DNA of 64,000 nt from Amycolatopsis sp. (GTDB taxonomy: Bacteria > Actinomycetota > Actinomycetes > Mycobacteriales > Pseudonocardiaceae): NCBI GenBank assembly GCA_035248845.1, contig DATFHB010000084.1, positions 20,481 to 84,480 of the forward strand. Reading direction: 5' to 3'. The first letter of the stretch is position 1; each line of letters starts with the position of its first letter. This document shows positions 22,881-33,943 of this stretch, one piece after another. The notes beneath the pieces are model-generated. The model was not told the origin of the DNA and ran no database searches. It saw only the letters and a program-made list of their open reading frames with translations. The translations under genes and the position numbers were made by a program.

Positions 22881-23453
22881 ATGATCGAGGTCACCGCCTG
22901 GGCGCAGCTGCGCGAGTGGTCGGCCGGGCTGCTGCTGCGCAAGACCGGGCACGACGTCGAGGAGTGGAACCGGCGAGTCGCGGACACCGGCGTCGGCACC
23001 GAAGCGGACCTGCGCGCCTGGCTGCAGGAGCAGGGCGTCACGGGTTACGCGCAGATGCTGCTGGTCATGGAGCGCTTCGGCTACCCCGACTTCCTCACCG
23101 CGGACGCCGCCACGCTGGTCGACGGCCAGTACGCTGACCGGCCCGCCCTGCGGCCGGTGTACGGCCGGCTGGTGGCGCTCGCGTCCGGGTTGCGTGACGT
23201 CTCGGTCGGCGCGCGCAAGACCTACGTCACGCTGAGCACCGCGCGCCGCAAGTTCGCGGTGATCAAGGCGACCACCCAGCGCCGCGTCGACCTGGGCCTG
23301 CGGCTCGAGGGCGTCGCGTTGTCGGGCCGGCTCGACTCGCCGAAGGTGCTGCGCGACGACGCACTCACCGTCCGCATCGCGCTCGCCGCACCCGACGACG
23401 TGGACGACGAGGTCGCCGAGTGGCTGACCCGCGCCTGTGAACTCAACCGCTGA
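22881..23453 (+). CDS. DUF5655/DUF4287-like protein
   Basis: KTGHDVEEW, RKTYVTL..RRKFA, DDVDDEVAEWLTRA; leaderless -10 TAGCGT. Confidence 0.7.
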   Translation: MIEVTAWAQLREWSAGLLLRKTGHDVEEWNRRVADTGVGTEADLRAWLQEQGVTGYAQMLLVMERFGYPDFLTADAATLVDGQYADRPALRPVYGRLVALASGLRDVSVGARKTYVTLSTARRKFAVIKATTQRRVDLGLRLEGVALSGRLDSPKVLRDDALTVRIALAAPDDVDDEVAEWLTRACELNR

Positions 23454-23907
23454 ACTTGAAGTCGTGCTGGCGCCACGCCTCGTACAGCACGATCGACGCC
23501 GTGTTGGCAAGGTTCATTGAGCGCGAACCCGGCCGCATCGGGAGCATCAGCCGGTCGGTCACCTGCGGCGAGTCCTGCACCTCCGGCGGCAGCCCCACCG
23601 ATTCCGGACCGAACAGCAGCACGTCACCCGGCTGGTAGGCGACATCGGTGTACCAGCGCCGCGCCCGGGCGCTGAACGCGTACACGTTCGCGGGCAGCAG
23701 AGCGTCCCAGGCCGCGTCGAGGTCGGGGTGGACGCGGACGTGGGCCAGATCGTGATAGTCCAGCCCGGCCCGCTTGACGTGCTTGTCCTCGAACGCGAAC
23801 CCCAGGGGCTCGACCAGGTGCAACTCGGCGCCGGTGTTGGCCGCGAGGCGGATCGCGTTGCCCGTGTTGGGCGGAATCTCCGGGTGGAAGAAAAGCATCC
23901 GGAACAT
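23443..23907 (-). CDS. trmL: tRNA (cytidine34-2'-O)-methyltransferase
   Basis: PEIPPNTGNAIRL, RAGLDYH, FGPESVGLP, RSMNLAN..YEAWRQ. Confidence 0.92.
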   Translation of the reverse strand: MFRMLFFHPEIPPNTGNAIRLAANTGAELHLVEPLGFAFEDKHVKRAGLDYHDLAHVRVHPDLDAAWDALLPANVYAFSARARRWYTDVAYQPGDVLLFGPESVGLPPEVQDSPQVTDRLMLPMRPGSRSMNLANTASIVLYEAWRQHDFKFSG

Positions 23908-23940
23908 CGTGAAGATCGCTTACCCTTCACCCCTAGTTCG

Positions 23941-24165
23941 GCCACCGGCCGCAAAACGAGCATTCGCCGGCCGAGGATCGGCCGGGTCCGTGTTCATCCC
24001 ACCACAGGAGGACCCGGCACCGGCGGGATGCCCGCCCCGCCAAGTTCACCACCGAGACCTTCGACCGGGCCCGGACCTCAAACGCAACTACCAGGGGCAC
24101 GTGAGAGCTACCACGGGTAGCGGTGCTGACTACGCGGATGCCCCGGCGAGCGGATAACCTCAGCC
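23941..24165 (-). other. Highly structured non-coding element; possible orphan IS110-family non-coding end
   Basis: Series of stems with internal loops (GGGGCA/TGCCCC enclosing GCTACC/GGTAGC; GAGGTC/GGTCTC; GGCGGG/CCCGCC; GCCGGGTCC/GGACCCGGC); resemblance to IS110 ends is from memory only. Confidence 0.35.
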
Positions 24166-24181
24166 GCGAAAACCCCTGTGA

Positions 24182-24910
<729 letters not shown>

Positions 24911-24954
24911 TTGTTAGTTCCCGGTACATCGAAGACCAGAGAAAGGAGAGGCTT

Positions 24955-25722
24955 TTGCCCGGACTGCTCGAAGGCAAGCGGCTGCTGATCACCGGCGTCA
25001 TCACCGACGCCTCGATGGCGTTCCATGCCGCGAAGGTGGCCCAGGAACAGGGCGCGAAGGTGGTGCTCACCGGCTTCGGCCGGTTGTCGCTCGTCGAGCG
25101 CATCGCCAAGCGGCTGCCCGAGCCCGCGCCGGTGGTGGAGCTGGACGTGCAGAATCAAGAGCACCTGGACACTCTCGCCGACCGGGTGCGCGAGCACGTC
25201 GACGGGCTCGACGGGGTGCTGCACGCGATCGCGTTCGCGCCGCAGACCTGCCTGGGCGCGCCGTTCATGGACGCGCCCAGGCAGGACGTGTCGGTGGCGG
25301 TGGAGGTGTCGGCATACTCGTTCAAGTCGCTGGCGCAGGCCGCGCTGCCGCTGCTGACGCCGGGCTCGTCGATCGTGGGCCTGGACTTCGACGCGCGCGT
25401 CGCGTGGCCGGCCTATAACTGGATGGGTGTGGCGAAGGCCGCGCTGGAGTCGGTCAACCGCTATCTGGCGCGGGACCTGGGGCCGAAGGGCATCCGGGTG
25501 AACCTGGTCGCGGCCGGCCCGGTGAAGACGATGGCGGCCAAGTCCATCCCCGGCTTCGTCGACCTGGAAAGCGGCTGGGGCGACCGCGCGCCGCTCGGCT
25601 GGGACGCCGCCGACGCCACGCCGGTCGCGAAGACCGTCTGCGCGGTCCTGTCGGACTGGCTGCCCGCCACGACCGGTTCGATGATCTGGGTCGACGGCGG
25701 CGTGCACGCGCTCGGAATGTGA
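24955..25722 (+). CDS. inhA: Enoyl-ACP reductase
   Basis: [45 protein letters not shown]. Confidence 0.95.
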   Translation: MPGLLEGKRLLITGVITDASMAFHAAKVAQEQGAKVVLTGFGRLSLVERIAKRLPEPAPVVELDVQNQEHLDTLADRVREHVDGLDGVLHAIAFAPQTCLGAPFMDAPRQDVSVAVEVSAYSFKSLAQAALPLLTPGSSIVGLDFDARVAWPAYNWMGVAKAALESVNRYLARDLGPKGIRVNLVAAGPVKTMAAKSIPGFVDLESGWGDRAPLGWDAADATPVAKTVCAVLSDWLPATTGSMIWVDGGVHALGM

Positions 25723-25727
25723 TCGGA

Positions 25728-25754
25728 CGGCCGGGCGGCGTGGCCGCCCGGCCG
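25728..25754 (+). terminator. Hairpin after inhA
   Basis: CGGCCGGGCGGC-gtg-GCCGCCCGGCCG. Confidence 0.6.
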
Positions 25755-25932
25755 AGCCCGGCGTCGAAGTCAGCCTTGGCGAGGCGCACCACCAGCTTCC
25801 GCACCGTGTCCACGTGCACGGTCATCCGTTTCTCGTTGAGGTGAACGGGTTTCCAGCGTGGCCGCCCACGTTGAACGCCGACACACAGCTGGGTACCGGC
25901 GGGTGCCGTGACCTGCCGGTACGGGTCGTCCC

Positions 25933-26418
25933 TCAGTTCGCGAAGTCGGCGAACATGCCCGGCTCGTAGGAACCGCCCTGCTGGCGCAGGATCACGCCGA
26001 ACCGGTTGGCCGCGTTGACGAGTGCGACCAGCGAGACGAGTGCGGCGATCTGGTCGTCGTCGTAGTGCTTGCGGACCTGTGCCCACGTCTCCTCGGACAC
26101 GCCGGGGGACGCGTCGGCGAGCCGGGTGCCTTCCTCGGCCAGTGCCAGCGCGGCCCGCTCCGCGTCGGTGAACACGGTGGTCTCGCGCCAGGCGGCGACC
26201 AGGTTGAGCCGGACCGCGGACTCGCCGGCGGCCGCGGCGTCCTTGGTGTGGAAGTCGGTGCACCAGCCGCAGCCGTTGATCTGGCTGGCGCGCAGCGAAA
26301 CCAGTTCCTGGGTCGGCTTCGGCAGTGACGACTGGCCGACCAGCAGGCCGGTGCCGGCGAACCGCTTGCTGATCTTCGTGCCGAGCTCGTTGGCGAACAT
26401 GTCGAAACGGGATTCCAT
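25933..26418 (-). CDS. Carboxymuconolactone decarboxylase/AhpD-like protein
   Basis: ELVSLRASQINGCGWCTDFH (CxxC), AWRETTVFTDAERAAL. Confidence 0.9.
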   Translation of the reverse strand: MESRFDMFANELGTKISKRFAGTGLLVGQSSLPKPTQELVSLRASQINGCGWCTDFHTKDAAAAGESAVRLNLVAAWRETTVFTDAERAALALAEEGTRLADASPGVSEETWAQVRKHYDDDQIAALVSLVALVNAANRFGVILRQQGGSYEPGMFADFAN

Positions 26419-26576
26419 GATCTCGTCCTCCGTTGTCGTGATGGGTGCCCAGAAGATGCCGGTGGCTCGATTCCCGTGACAGGGTGGAGAAGTGACGCGC
26501 GCCATACCGCGGCGATGTCACAGAATGGCCGTGACCGGTGTCTGGTGGGCGGACACGCGACACGGAGGAGCCAGCC

Positions 26577-27479
26577 ATGGCGGAGACCGAGCCCGGCGGC
26601 ACGGACGAGGCCACCGAAGTCTTTCTCGCCCACCGCAATCTGCTGTTCACCGTCGCCTACGAGATGCTCGGGTCGGCGGCGGACGCCGAGGACGTGCTGC
26701 AGGAGACCTGGCTGCGGTGGACGGGTGTCGAACCCGGCGTCGTGCGCGACCCGCGCGCGTACCTGGTGCGGATCACCACTCGCCAGGCCCTGTCGCGGCT
26801 GCGCACCCTGGGCCGACGGAAGGAGTCCTACGTCGGCTCGTGGCTACCGGAACCGCTGCTCACCGCACCCGACGTGGCCGAGGACGTCGAGCTGGCGGAC
26901 AGCGTGTCGATGGCGATGCTGCTGGTGCTGGAGACGCTCGGGCCGACGGAGCGGGCGGTGTTCGTGCTCCGCGACGTGTTCGCCTTCGACTACGACGAGA
27001 TAGCCGGGGCCGTCGGCAAGACCCCGGGCGCGGTCCGTCAGGTCGCCCACCGCGCACGGGCGCACGTCGCGGCGCGGCGGCCGCGCGGAGCCGTCTCCCA
27101 GGCCGAGACCCGGGACGCGATCGAGGCGTTCCGGCGGGCGGCCGAAACCGGCGACCTCCAGCACCTCCTGGACATTCTCGCGCCCGACGTGGTGCTGCTG
27201 GGCGACGGCGGCGGGCTCGCGCAGGCGGTGCCGAAGCCGATCGTGGGCGCGGACAAGGTCGCGCGCGTGCTGGCGTCCGGCGTGGGCCGGTTCGCCGGCG
27301 CCGCGACGCTGGTTCCGGTGCAGGTCAACGGGTACCCGGCGCTGCTCATCCGGCTGCCGGGCGAGACGGACACCGTCGTGGCGCTGCGCCTGGACGACGG
27401 GCTCGTCACCGGGCTCTACGCGGTGCGGAACCCCGAGAAACTGTCCCGAATGGACACCGTGACGGCGCTGTCCCGCTGA
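26577..27479 (+). CDS. sigJ: ECF41/SigJ-family sigma factor with SnoaL-like C-terminal domain
   Basis: [38 protein letters not shown]; divergent from the CMD gene, as typical for ECF41. Confidence 0.88.
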   Translation: MAETEPGGTDEATEVFLAHRNLLFTVAYEMLGSAADAEDVLQETWLRWTGVEPGVVRDPRAYLVRITTRQALSRLRTLGRRKESYVGSWLPEPLLTAPDVAEDVELADSVSMAMLLVLETLGPTERAVFVLRDVFAFDYDEIAGAVGKTPGAVRQVAHRARAHVAARRPRGAVSQAETRDAIEAFRRAAETGDLQHLLDILAPDVVLLGDGGGLAQAVPKPIVGADKVARVLASGVGRFAGAATLVPVQVNGYPALLIRLPGETDTVVALRLDDGLVTGLYAVRNPEKLSRMDTVTALSR

Positions 27480-27507
27480 CCCGAGGACGGCTGGCAAGAT
27501 GGCTGCC

Positions 27508-28575
27508 GTGAGTTACGACGCGCTGCTGTGGCTGTCCTTCGGCGGGCCGGAGGGCCCCGGCGAGGTGATGCCGTTCCTGGAGAACGTGACGCACGGGCGC
27601 GGTGTGCCGCCGGCACGGCTCGCCGAGGTCGCGGAGCACTACCAGCATTTCGGCGGCGTGTCGCCGATCAACCGGCTCAACCGCGAGGCCATCGCGGCCG
27701 TCGAGAAGGAACTCGCCGCGCAGGGGCTGGATCTGCCGGTGTACTTCGGCAACCGCAACTGGCACCCGATGGTCGAGGACACGGTCGCGCGGATGGCGGC
27801 CGACGGCGTGCGGCGCGCGCTCGTGTTCCCGACCAGTGCGTACGGCGGGTACTCGGCGTGCCGCCAGTACGACGAGGACATCGAGCGGGCCCGCGCCGCG
27901 GTGGGGGAGAACGCCCCGGACTTGGTGAAGCTGCGCCAGTTCTTCGACCATCCGCTGTTCGTCGGCGCGTTCGCCGACGCCCTGCGCACGGCCCATGCGG
28001 GCCTCGTCGGGGCGCGCACGGTGTTCACCGCGCACTCGGTGCCGGAGAGCGCGGACCGGGCCGCCGGGCCGCCGGGCGAGGGCGGCCGGCGCTACTCGCG
28101 GCAGATCGCGGAAGCGGCGCGCCTCGTCGCGGCGCAGGCCGGTGCCGGCGAGTACGACGTGGTCTGGCAGTCGCGGTCCGGCCCGCCGCGGATCCCGTGG
28201 CTGGCGCCGGACATCGTGGACCACATCGACGCTTTGCACGCGGGTGGCGTCACGTCACTCGTGGTGTGCCCGGTGGGGTTCGTGTCCGACCACCTCGAGG
28301 TGGTCTGGGACCTCGACCACGAGGCCGCTGAACGCGCCGCGGAGCTGGGCATGGGTTTTGCCCGCGCCGCCACGCCGAACGGTGACCCGCGCTTCGCCGA
28401 GCTGGTCGTCGAGCTGATCCGCGAGCACGTCGCCGATGCGCCCGTGCGCAAGCTGTCCGCCTTCTCCGCCGCGGGCTGCACCGTCAACGGCGCTCCCTGC
28501 GCGGTTGGCTGCTGCGACGCTCCGAAGCGCCCGGCATCGGGACCCGCTACTGGGGCCGGTCGGCCTGTTCGGTGA
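27508..28575 (+). CDS. hemH: Ferrochelatase (coproporphyrin ferrochelatase)
   Basis: [41 protein letters not shown]. Confidence 0.93.
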   Translation: MSYDALLWLSFGGPEGPGEVMPFLENVTHGRGVPPARLAEVAEHYQHFGGVSPINRLNREAIAAVEKELAAQGLDLPVYFGNRNWHPMVEDTVARMAADGVRRALVFPTSAYGGYSACRQYDEDIERARAAVGENAPDLVKLRQFFDHPLFVGAFADALRTAHAGLVGARTVFTAHSVPESADRAAGPPGEGGRRYSRQIAEAARLVAAQAGAGEYDVVWQSRSGPPRIPWLAPDIVDHIDALHAGGVTSLVVCPVGFVSDHLEVVWDLDHEAAERAAELGMGFARAATPNGDPRFAELVVELIREHVADAPVRKLSAFSAAGCTVNGAPCAVGCCDAPKRPASGPATGAGRPVR

Positions 28576-29344
28576 GCAACCGCACCGCGTCGTTGACGGC
28601 CGCACAGCGGGCGACGCGGACCGCGTCCCCGAGCGGCCGCAGCGCGTCGGCACGCAGCAGCGCCGCGGACGCCGACACCGCGCCGCCCGGCTCGTCGGAC
28701 TGCGCCAGCGCCAGGATCGCGCCGACCTCCTCCGCCCGCTGCAGCACGCGCAGCGACCGGCCGGGCGTGCCCACCGGCCACTCCAGCTTCGGGCGGGCGC
28801 GCAGCCACGCGGACAGCTCGGCGCGCACACCGGGCCGGTCCCTGGCGATGTCGAGGGACTGCAGCGCACCCGCCGAGTCGCGGATCGCGTCGGTGAGACC
28901 GTGCTCGGCGTCGGCGATCCCGACGAAGTCCCCCGGCGCGGAAGTGTCCACTTTGTACACCGACCAGCGCACCAGGCCCTCGGCGATCGGTTGCGGCACG
29001 ATGCCGAACCCGATGGCGGGCAGCAGCGTCGCCTCGCCCGCCTTGAGGGCGGCCTCGGCGAACGGGCCGCCACCGCCGAGCCCGCGCACGTCACCGGGCA
29101 CCGGCAGCACCAGGCGCGCCGTGCCCGCGTCCTGGGCGCGCAGCGCTGCGAGCAGCTGGACCGGCGTGCCGGGAAAATCGCCGGCCAAGGGCAGGTTGAG
29201 GCCGACTGCGGACTCCGCGTCGGCCGCCACGACCTCATGGGCCTCGGCCCACGCCAGCAGGGCGTCGAGCACGTCGTCGGACGCCGCGGCGCCGGAAAGC
29301 CACGCCGAGGTCCACACGGTCAGGGTCGCACTGGGACAGCACAC
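28547..29344 (-). CDS. Conserved actinobacterial hypothetical protein (Rv1486c-like)
   Basis: [31 protein letters not shown]; syntenic after hemH. Confidence 0.7.
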   Translation of the reverse strand: MCCPSATLTVWTSAWLSGAAASDDVLDALLAWAEAHEVVAADAESAVGLNLPLAGDFPGTPVQLLAALRAQDAGTARLVLPVPGDVRGLGGGGPFAEAALKAGEATLLPAIGFGIVPQPIAEGLVRWSVYKVDTSAPGDFVGIADAEHGLTDAIRDSAGALQSLDIARDRPGVRAELSAWLRARPKLEWPVGTPGRSLRVLQRAEEVGAILALAQSDEPGGAVSASAALLRADALRPLGDAVRVARCAAVNDAVRLLTEQADRPQ

Positions 29345-29440
29345 GGCGGTCCAGCGTACAACCTCCTGAACGGGCTTCACGACCGTGCTGGAGCTGCTCC
29401 ACGTGGACGCCCGCGGTGATCGAGGGTTAGCGTCGGAGAG

Positions 29441-30835
29441 GTGAACCCACCCGAAGACCTGCCCCGCACCGTGGGGGCGCTCCGCGCGGCCGGTCACCAG
29501 CCGCGCGGCATCAAGACCGAGATCCACCACAACCTGCTCGCCGCACTGCGCGAGGGTCGGGACCCGTGGCCGGGCATCGTCGGGTTCTCGCGGACCGTGC
29601 TGCCCCAGTTCGAGCGGGCCCTGCTGGCCGGCCACGACGTCGTGCTGCTGGGCGAGCGTGGCCAGGGCAAGACGCGCCTGCTGCGCACGCTCGCCGGGCT
29701 GCTCGACGAGTGGACCCCGGCGATCGAGGGCTCCGAGCTGGCCGAACACCCCCTGGACCCGGTTACCCCGGCCGCCATCCGGCGCGCCGCCGAACTCGGC
29801 GACGACCTGCCCGTCACCTGGCGGCACCGCACCGAGCGCTACACCGAGAAGCTGGCCACCCCGGACACCAGCGTCGGCGACCTGATCGGCGACGTCGACC
29901 CGGTCAAGGTGGCGGAGGGGCGCAGCCTCGGCGACCCCGAAACCATCCACTTCGGACTAGTGCCCCGGGCCCACCGGGGCATTGTCGCGATCAACGAGCT
30001 GCCCGACCTGGCCGAACGGATCCAGGTGGCGCTGCTGAACGTGATGGAGGAGCGCGACATCCAGGTGCGGGGCTACACGCTGCGGCTGCCGCTGGACGTG
30101 CTCATGGTCGCCACCGCCAACCCCGAGGACTACACGAACCGCGGCCGCATCATCACCCCGCTCAAGGACCGTTTCGGCGCCGAGATCCGCACCCACTATC
30201 CGCTTGACGTGGCCGCCGAGGTCGACGTCGTCCGGCAGGAGGCGCACCTGGTCGCGGAGGTGGGCGAGCCGCTGCTGGAGGTGCTGGCCCGGTTCGTGCG
30301 GAACCTGCGCGAGTCCACCGTGATCGACCAGCGCTCGGGCGTGTCCGCGCGGTTCGCCGTCGCGGCCGCGGAGACGGTCGCCGCCGCGGCGCTGCGCCGG
30401 TCCGCACTGACCGGCGAGCACCCGGCGGTGGCGCGGCCCGTCGACCTCGACGCGGTGCCGGCCGTGCTGCGCGGCAAGGTCGAGTTCGAGCCCGGCGAAG
30501 AGGGCCGCGAACAGGAACACCTCGTGCACCTGCTGCGGCGCGCGGTCGCCGAGACGGCGCGGGACCGCTTCGGCGGGCTGAACCTGCGCCCCCTGGTCGA
30601 GGCGGTCGCCGACGGCCACCTCGTCGCGACCGGCGAGAAGGTGCCCGGCGCCCAGGTGCTCGCGGCGCTGCCGGAACTGCCGCTGCTGCACGAGGTCGCG
30701 GCGCGCGCGGACGTCTCGGCGGACGACCCGCCGGGCCGGATCGCCGCGGCGGTCGAGCTGGCGCTGGAATCGCTGTACCTGGCGCGGCAGCTGGCGAAGG
30801 ACTCCGACGACACGACCACGGTGTACGGGCCGTGA
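29441..30835 (+). CDS. Mg-chelatase-like AAA+ ATPase (Rv0958-like)
   Basis: GERGQGKT, INELPDL, ATANPEDYTNRGRIITPLKDRFG. Confidence 0.88.
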   Translation: MNPPEDLPRTVGALRAAGHQPRGIKTEIHHNLLAALREGRDPWPGIVGFSRTVLPQFERALLAGHDVVLLGERGQGKTRLLRTLAGLLDEWTPAIEGSELAEHPLDPVTPAAIRRAAELGDDLPVTWRHRTERYTEKLATPDTSVGDLIGDVDPVKVAEGRSLGDPETIHFGLVPRAHRGIVAINELPDLAERIQVALLNVMEERDIQVRGYTLRLPLDVLMVATANPEDYTNRGRIITPLKDRFGAEIRTHYPLDVAAEVDVVRQEAHLVAEVGEPLLEVLARFVRNLRESTVIDQRSGVSARFAVAAAETVAAAALRRSALTGEHPAVARPVDLDAVPAVLRGKVEFEPGEEGREQEHLVHLLRRAVAETARDRFGGLNLRPLVEAVADGHLVATGEKVPGAQVLAALPELPLLHEVAARADVSADDPPGRIAAAVELALESLYLARQLAKDSDDTTTVYGP

Positions 30836-30837
30836 CA

Positions 30838-30919
30838 CCGCCGACGTACTCTTCCCCGCGGAGGCGGCATTGACTCCGCCGACGTACTCTTCCCCGCGGA
30901 GGCGGCATTGACTCCGCCG
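30838..30919 (+). repeat. 38-bp tandem repeat x2 (plus 6 nt); MIRU-like intercistronic unit
   Basis: CCGCCGACGTACTCTTCCCCGCGGAGGCGGCATTGACT at 30838-30875 and 30876-30913. Confidence 0.92.
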
Positions 30920-32863
30920 GAGGGCTACAACTACGGGCCGTACCACGACGGCCCCGACCCGCTGGCGCCGCCGATCGACCTGCGTGACGCGCTCGACGAG
31001 ATCGGCCAGGACGTGATGGGCGGCTCGTCGCCGCGGTCCGCGCTGGAGGAGCTGCTGCGGCGCGGCACTCCGAACACGTCGGGGCTGGACGAGCTGACCC
31101 GCCGCGTGTGGCAGCGCCGGTCGGAGATCCAGCGCCGGCACTCGCTCGACGGCACACTGCGCGAGGTGCAGCGGCTGCTCGACGAGGCTCTGGACGCCGA
31201 GCGCCGCACGCTGTTCCCCGACCCGTCCGACGAGGCACGGCTGGCCGAGGCCGAACTGGACGCGCTGCCGCCCGGCACGGCCGCGGCGGTCCGCGAGCTG
31301 GCCGACTACCAGTGGCGGTCCGAGCAGGGCCGGGAAAACTACGAGAAGATCCGCGACCTGCTCGGCCGCGAGATGCTCGATTCGCGGTTCGAGGGCATGA
31401 AGGAGGCGCTGCAGGGCACCACGCCCGAGGACATCGAGCGGGTCAACCAGATGCTCAACGATCTGAACGCGCTGCTCGACGCGCACGCCCGCGGCCTGGA
31501 CGACGTGGGTGCGCGGTTCGCGGAATTCATGCGCCGACACGGCGAGTTCTTCCCGGAGAACCCGCAGAACGTCGAGGAGCTGATCGACGCGCTCGCCGCC
31601 CGCGCCGCAGCCGCGCAGCGGATGCTGAACTCGATGAGCGAGGAGCAGCGCGAGGAGATCATGTCCCTGGCGCAGCAGGCGTTCGGCGACCCGCGCATCG
31701 CGCAGCAACTGTCCAATCTGGACGCTCAGCTGCGGTCGCTGCGGCCGGGCGAGGACTGGACGTCCTCGGGACGGTTCCGCGGCCAGGACCCACTCGGGCT
31801 CGGCGAGGGCGCGCAGGCCATGCAGGACCTCGCCGAGCTGGACGCGCTCGCCGAGCAGCTCGCGCAGTCCTACCCTGGCGCGCGGATGGAGGACATCGAC
31901 CTGGAGGCGCTGGAACGCCAGCTCGGGCAGGACGCCGGTGTCGACGCGCGGCGACTGTCCGAACTGGAGCGTGAACTGCGCGGCCAGGGCCTGTTCGAGC
32001 GTGCCCCGGATGGCTCACTTCGGCTGTCTCCCAAGGCGTTGCGTCGGCTGGGGGAGACCGCGCTCGCGGACGTCGTGCACGCGCTGCGCGGCAGGACCGG
32101 GCAGCGCGAGCAGGAGTCGGCGGGTGCGGCCGGTGAGCCGACCGGGGCGAGCAGGGCGTGGCAGTTCGGCGACATGCAGCCGTGGGACACCTCGCGCACG
32201 GTCCGCAACGCGGTGCTGCGCACGGCTTCCGTCGGCGGCAGGCGGGTCGCGCTCGACGTGTCCGATGTGGAGGTCGTCGAGACCGAGCACCGGAGCCGGG
32301 CGGCGGTGGCGCTGCTGGTGGACACGTCGTGGTCGATGGTGGCGGAGGGCCGGTGGCTGCCGATGAAGCGCACCACGCTCGCGCTGCACCAGCTCATCTC
32401 GACCCGGTTCCGCCACGACGCGCTGCAGCTCGTCACGTTCGGCCGGTACGCGACGCCGGTGGAGCTCGAGGAACTGGTGGGGCTCGAGGGCGCGTGGGAG
32501 CAGGGCACCAACGCGCACCACGCACTGCTCCTCGCGGGCAGGCACCTGCGGCGGCATCCGGACGCGCAGCCGGTCGTGCTGATGGTGACCGACGGCGAGC
32601 CGACCGCGCACCTCGAACCCGACGGGGAGGCGATCTTCGACTACCCGCCCGCGCCGGAAACCCTCGCGAAGACGCTGTCCGAAGTGGACCGTCTCGCGAA
32701 GCTGGGGGCGTCGGTGACGGTGTTCCGGCTCGGCGACGACCCGCGGCTGGGGGCGTTCGTCGACCTCATCGCGCGGCGCTCCGGCGGGCGCGTGGTCGCC
32801 CCCGACCTCGACGGCCTCGGCGCCGCCGTCGTCGGGGACTACCTCCGCACCCGCCGCCGCTGA
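30908..32863 (+). CDS. vWA domain protein (Rv0959-like)
   Basis: YHDGPDPLAPP, MIDAS DTSWSM, GTN, VTDGEPTAH; TTG start with SD GGAGG supplied by the repeat. Confidence 0.87.
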   Translation: MTPPEGYNYGPYHDGPDPLAPPIDLRDALDEIGQDVMGGSSPRSALEELLRRGTPNTSGLDELTRRVWQRRSEIQRRHSLDGTLREVQRLLDEALDAERRTLFPDPSDEARLAEAELDALPPGTAAAVRELADYQWRSEQGRENYEKIRDLLGREMLDSRFEGMKEALQGTTPEDIERVNQMLNDLNALLDAHARGLDDVGARFAEFMRRHGEFFPENPQNVEELIDALAARAAAAQRMLNSMSEEQREEIMSLAQQAFGDPRIAQQLSNLDAQLRSLRPGEDWTSSGRFRGQDPLGLGEGAQAMQDLAELDALAEQLAQSYPGARMEDIDLEALERQLGQDAGVDARRLSELERELRGQGLFERAPDGSLRLSPKALRRLGETALADVVHALRGRTGQREQESAGAAGEPTGASRAWQFGDMQPWDTSRTVRNAVLRTASVGGRRVALDVSDVEVVETEHRSRAAVALLVDTSWSMVAEGRWLPMKRTTLALHQLISTRFRHDALQLVTFGRYATPVELEELVGLEGAWEQGTNAHHALLLAGRHLRRHPDAQPVVLMVTDGEPTAHLEPDGEAIFDYPPAPETLAKTLSEVDRLAKLGASVTVFRLGDDPRLGAFVDLIARRSGGRVVAPDLDGLGAAVVGDYLRTRRR

Positions 32864-32877
32864 GGCGGGCTGCCTCG

Positions 32878-33336
32878 TCAGCGGTACCGGTGGCTCCCGA
32901 TCAGGCCGATGACGAACAGGACGATCACCAGAGCCAGCGTGCCGGCACCGATCCAGCCGAGCACAATCCCGGCGATGGCCATCCCGCGCCCGCTCTCATT
33001 GCGTTCCCTGATCTGTTTCTGCGCGATATAACCGAAGACCAGGGCGAGGATGCTGCCGATCCAGTAGATCCACAGGATGCCGAGCACCATCGACGCGACG
33101 GCGAACCCGTTGGTCGGCCGGGGCGGGTAGTACGCCGGGTAGCCCGGCGGCGCGGGGTACATCGGCGGCTGTCCCGGTGGAGCCGGCGGGTAGCCGTACG
33201 GCTGTGCCGGAGGCGCCTGGTACATCGGTTGTGGTGCCGGCGCCGGCGGCGCGAATTCGTAGCCGTACGGCTGTGCCGGCGGCCCCGGTTCTTCCGGCCC
33301 GGACGGCGTCGGCGGTGGATCGGACGGCGTGGACAT
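32878..33336 (-). CDS. DUF4190 membrane protein with Pro-rich N-terminus
   Basis: TNGFAVASMVLGIL..ALVFGYIA..GRGMAIAGIVLG; PPAQPYGY repeated twice. Confidence 0.85.
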   Translation of the reverse strand: MSTPSDPPPTPSGPEEPGPPAQPYGYEFAPPAPAPQPMYQAPPAQPYGYPPAPPGQPPMYPAPPGYPAYYPPRPTNGFAVASMVLGILWIYWIGSILALVFGYIAQKQIRERNESGRGMAIAGIVLGWIGAGTLALVIVLFVIGLIGSHRYR

Positions 33337-33425
33337 GGGCCTCCCCTTGAGCGCTTGCAATCACAGCCGACAGCAGGATGCCAGACCTGGTTCACCCGTC
33401 GCGGGTGAGTTGTACGGTCGGTTGC

Positions 33426-33851
33426 GTGAACCACACCCTCGCCGCCCTCGCGGGCGCGGCCACGTTCCTGTGGCTGGGCATGGTGCTCGCGATCTCGTTC
33501 CTCGAGGCGCCGCTGAAGTTCCGCGCGCCGGGCGTGACCGTCCCGATCGGGCTGGGGATCGGGCGGCTGGTGTTCCGGGCGCTCAACGGGGTCGAGGTCG
33601 TGCTGGCGATCGTCCTCGCCGTAGCGGTCTTCGCGGGCGGCGCGCCCGTGTCCGCGCTGGTTCCCGCGGTCGTCGCGATGGTGGTGCTGGCGGTGCAGCT
33701 GGCCGTCATCCGGCCGCCGCTGAACCGCCGGTCCGACCGCGTCCTGGCGGGGGAGAACGTGCCGCGGTCGCGGGCGCATCTCACCTACGTCGGCGCCGAG
33801 GTGATCAAGGTGGCCGCGCTCGTCGTGCTGGGCATCGCGGTGCTGTTCTGA
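33426..33851 (+). CDS. Conserved membrane protein (DUF4149-like)
   Basis: WLGMVLAISFLEAPLKFRAPGVT..GRLVF; 4 TM helices; leaderless -10 TACGGT. Confidence 0.75.
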   Translation: MNHTLAALAGAATFLWLGMVLAISFLEAPLKFRAPGVTVPIGLGIGRLVFRALNGVEVVLAIVLAVAVFAGGAPVSALVPAVVAMVVLAVQLAVIRPPLNRRSDRVLAGENVPRSRAHLTYVGAEVIKVAALVVLGIAVLF

Positions 33852-33943
33852 CTCCCGAATCGTTCAAGGCTTGATCACTCGAACGGTCGGTTCTTTCGCT
33901 GTCAAGAAGCCGGAGTGCCGGTGTTGATCTACCGTCTGGGCCC

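Noticed and set aside
25755-25830. Short minus-strand frame MTVHVDTVRKLVVRLAKADFDAGLG as a gene remnant
   Set aside because: Too short, no family I can recognise, and it runs into the inhA terminator
30838-30919. 38-bp repeats as a CRISPR array
   Set aside because: Units are directly tandem with no spacers, and there are no cas genes
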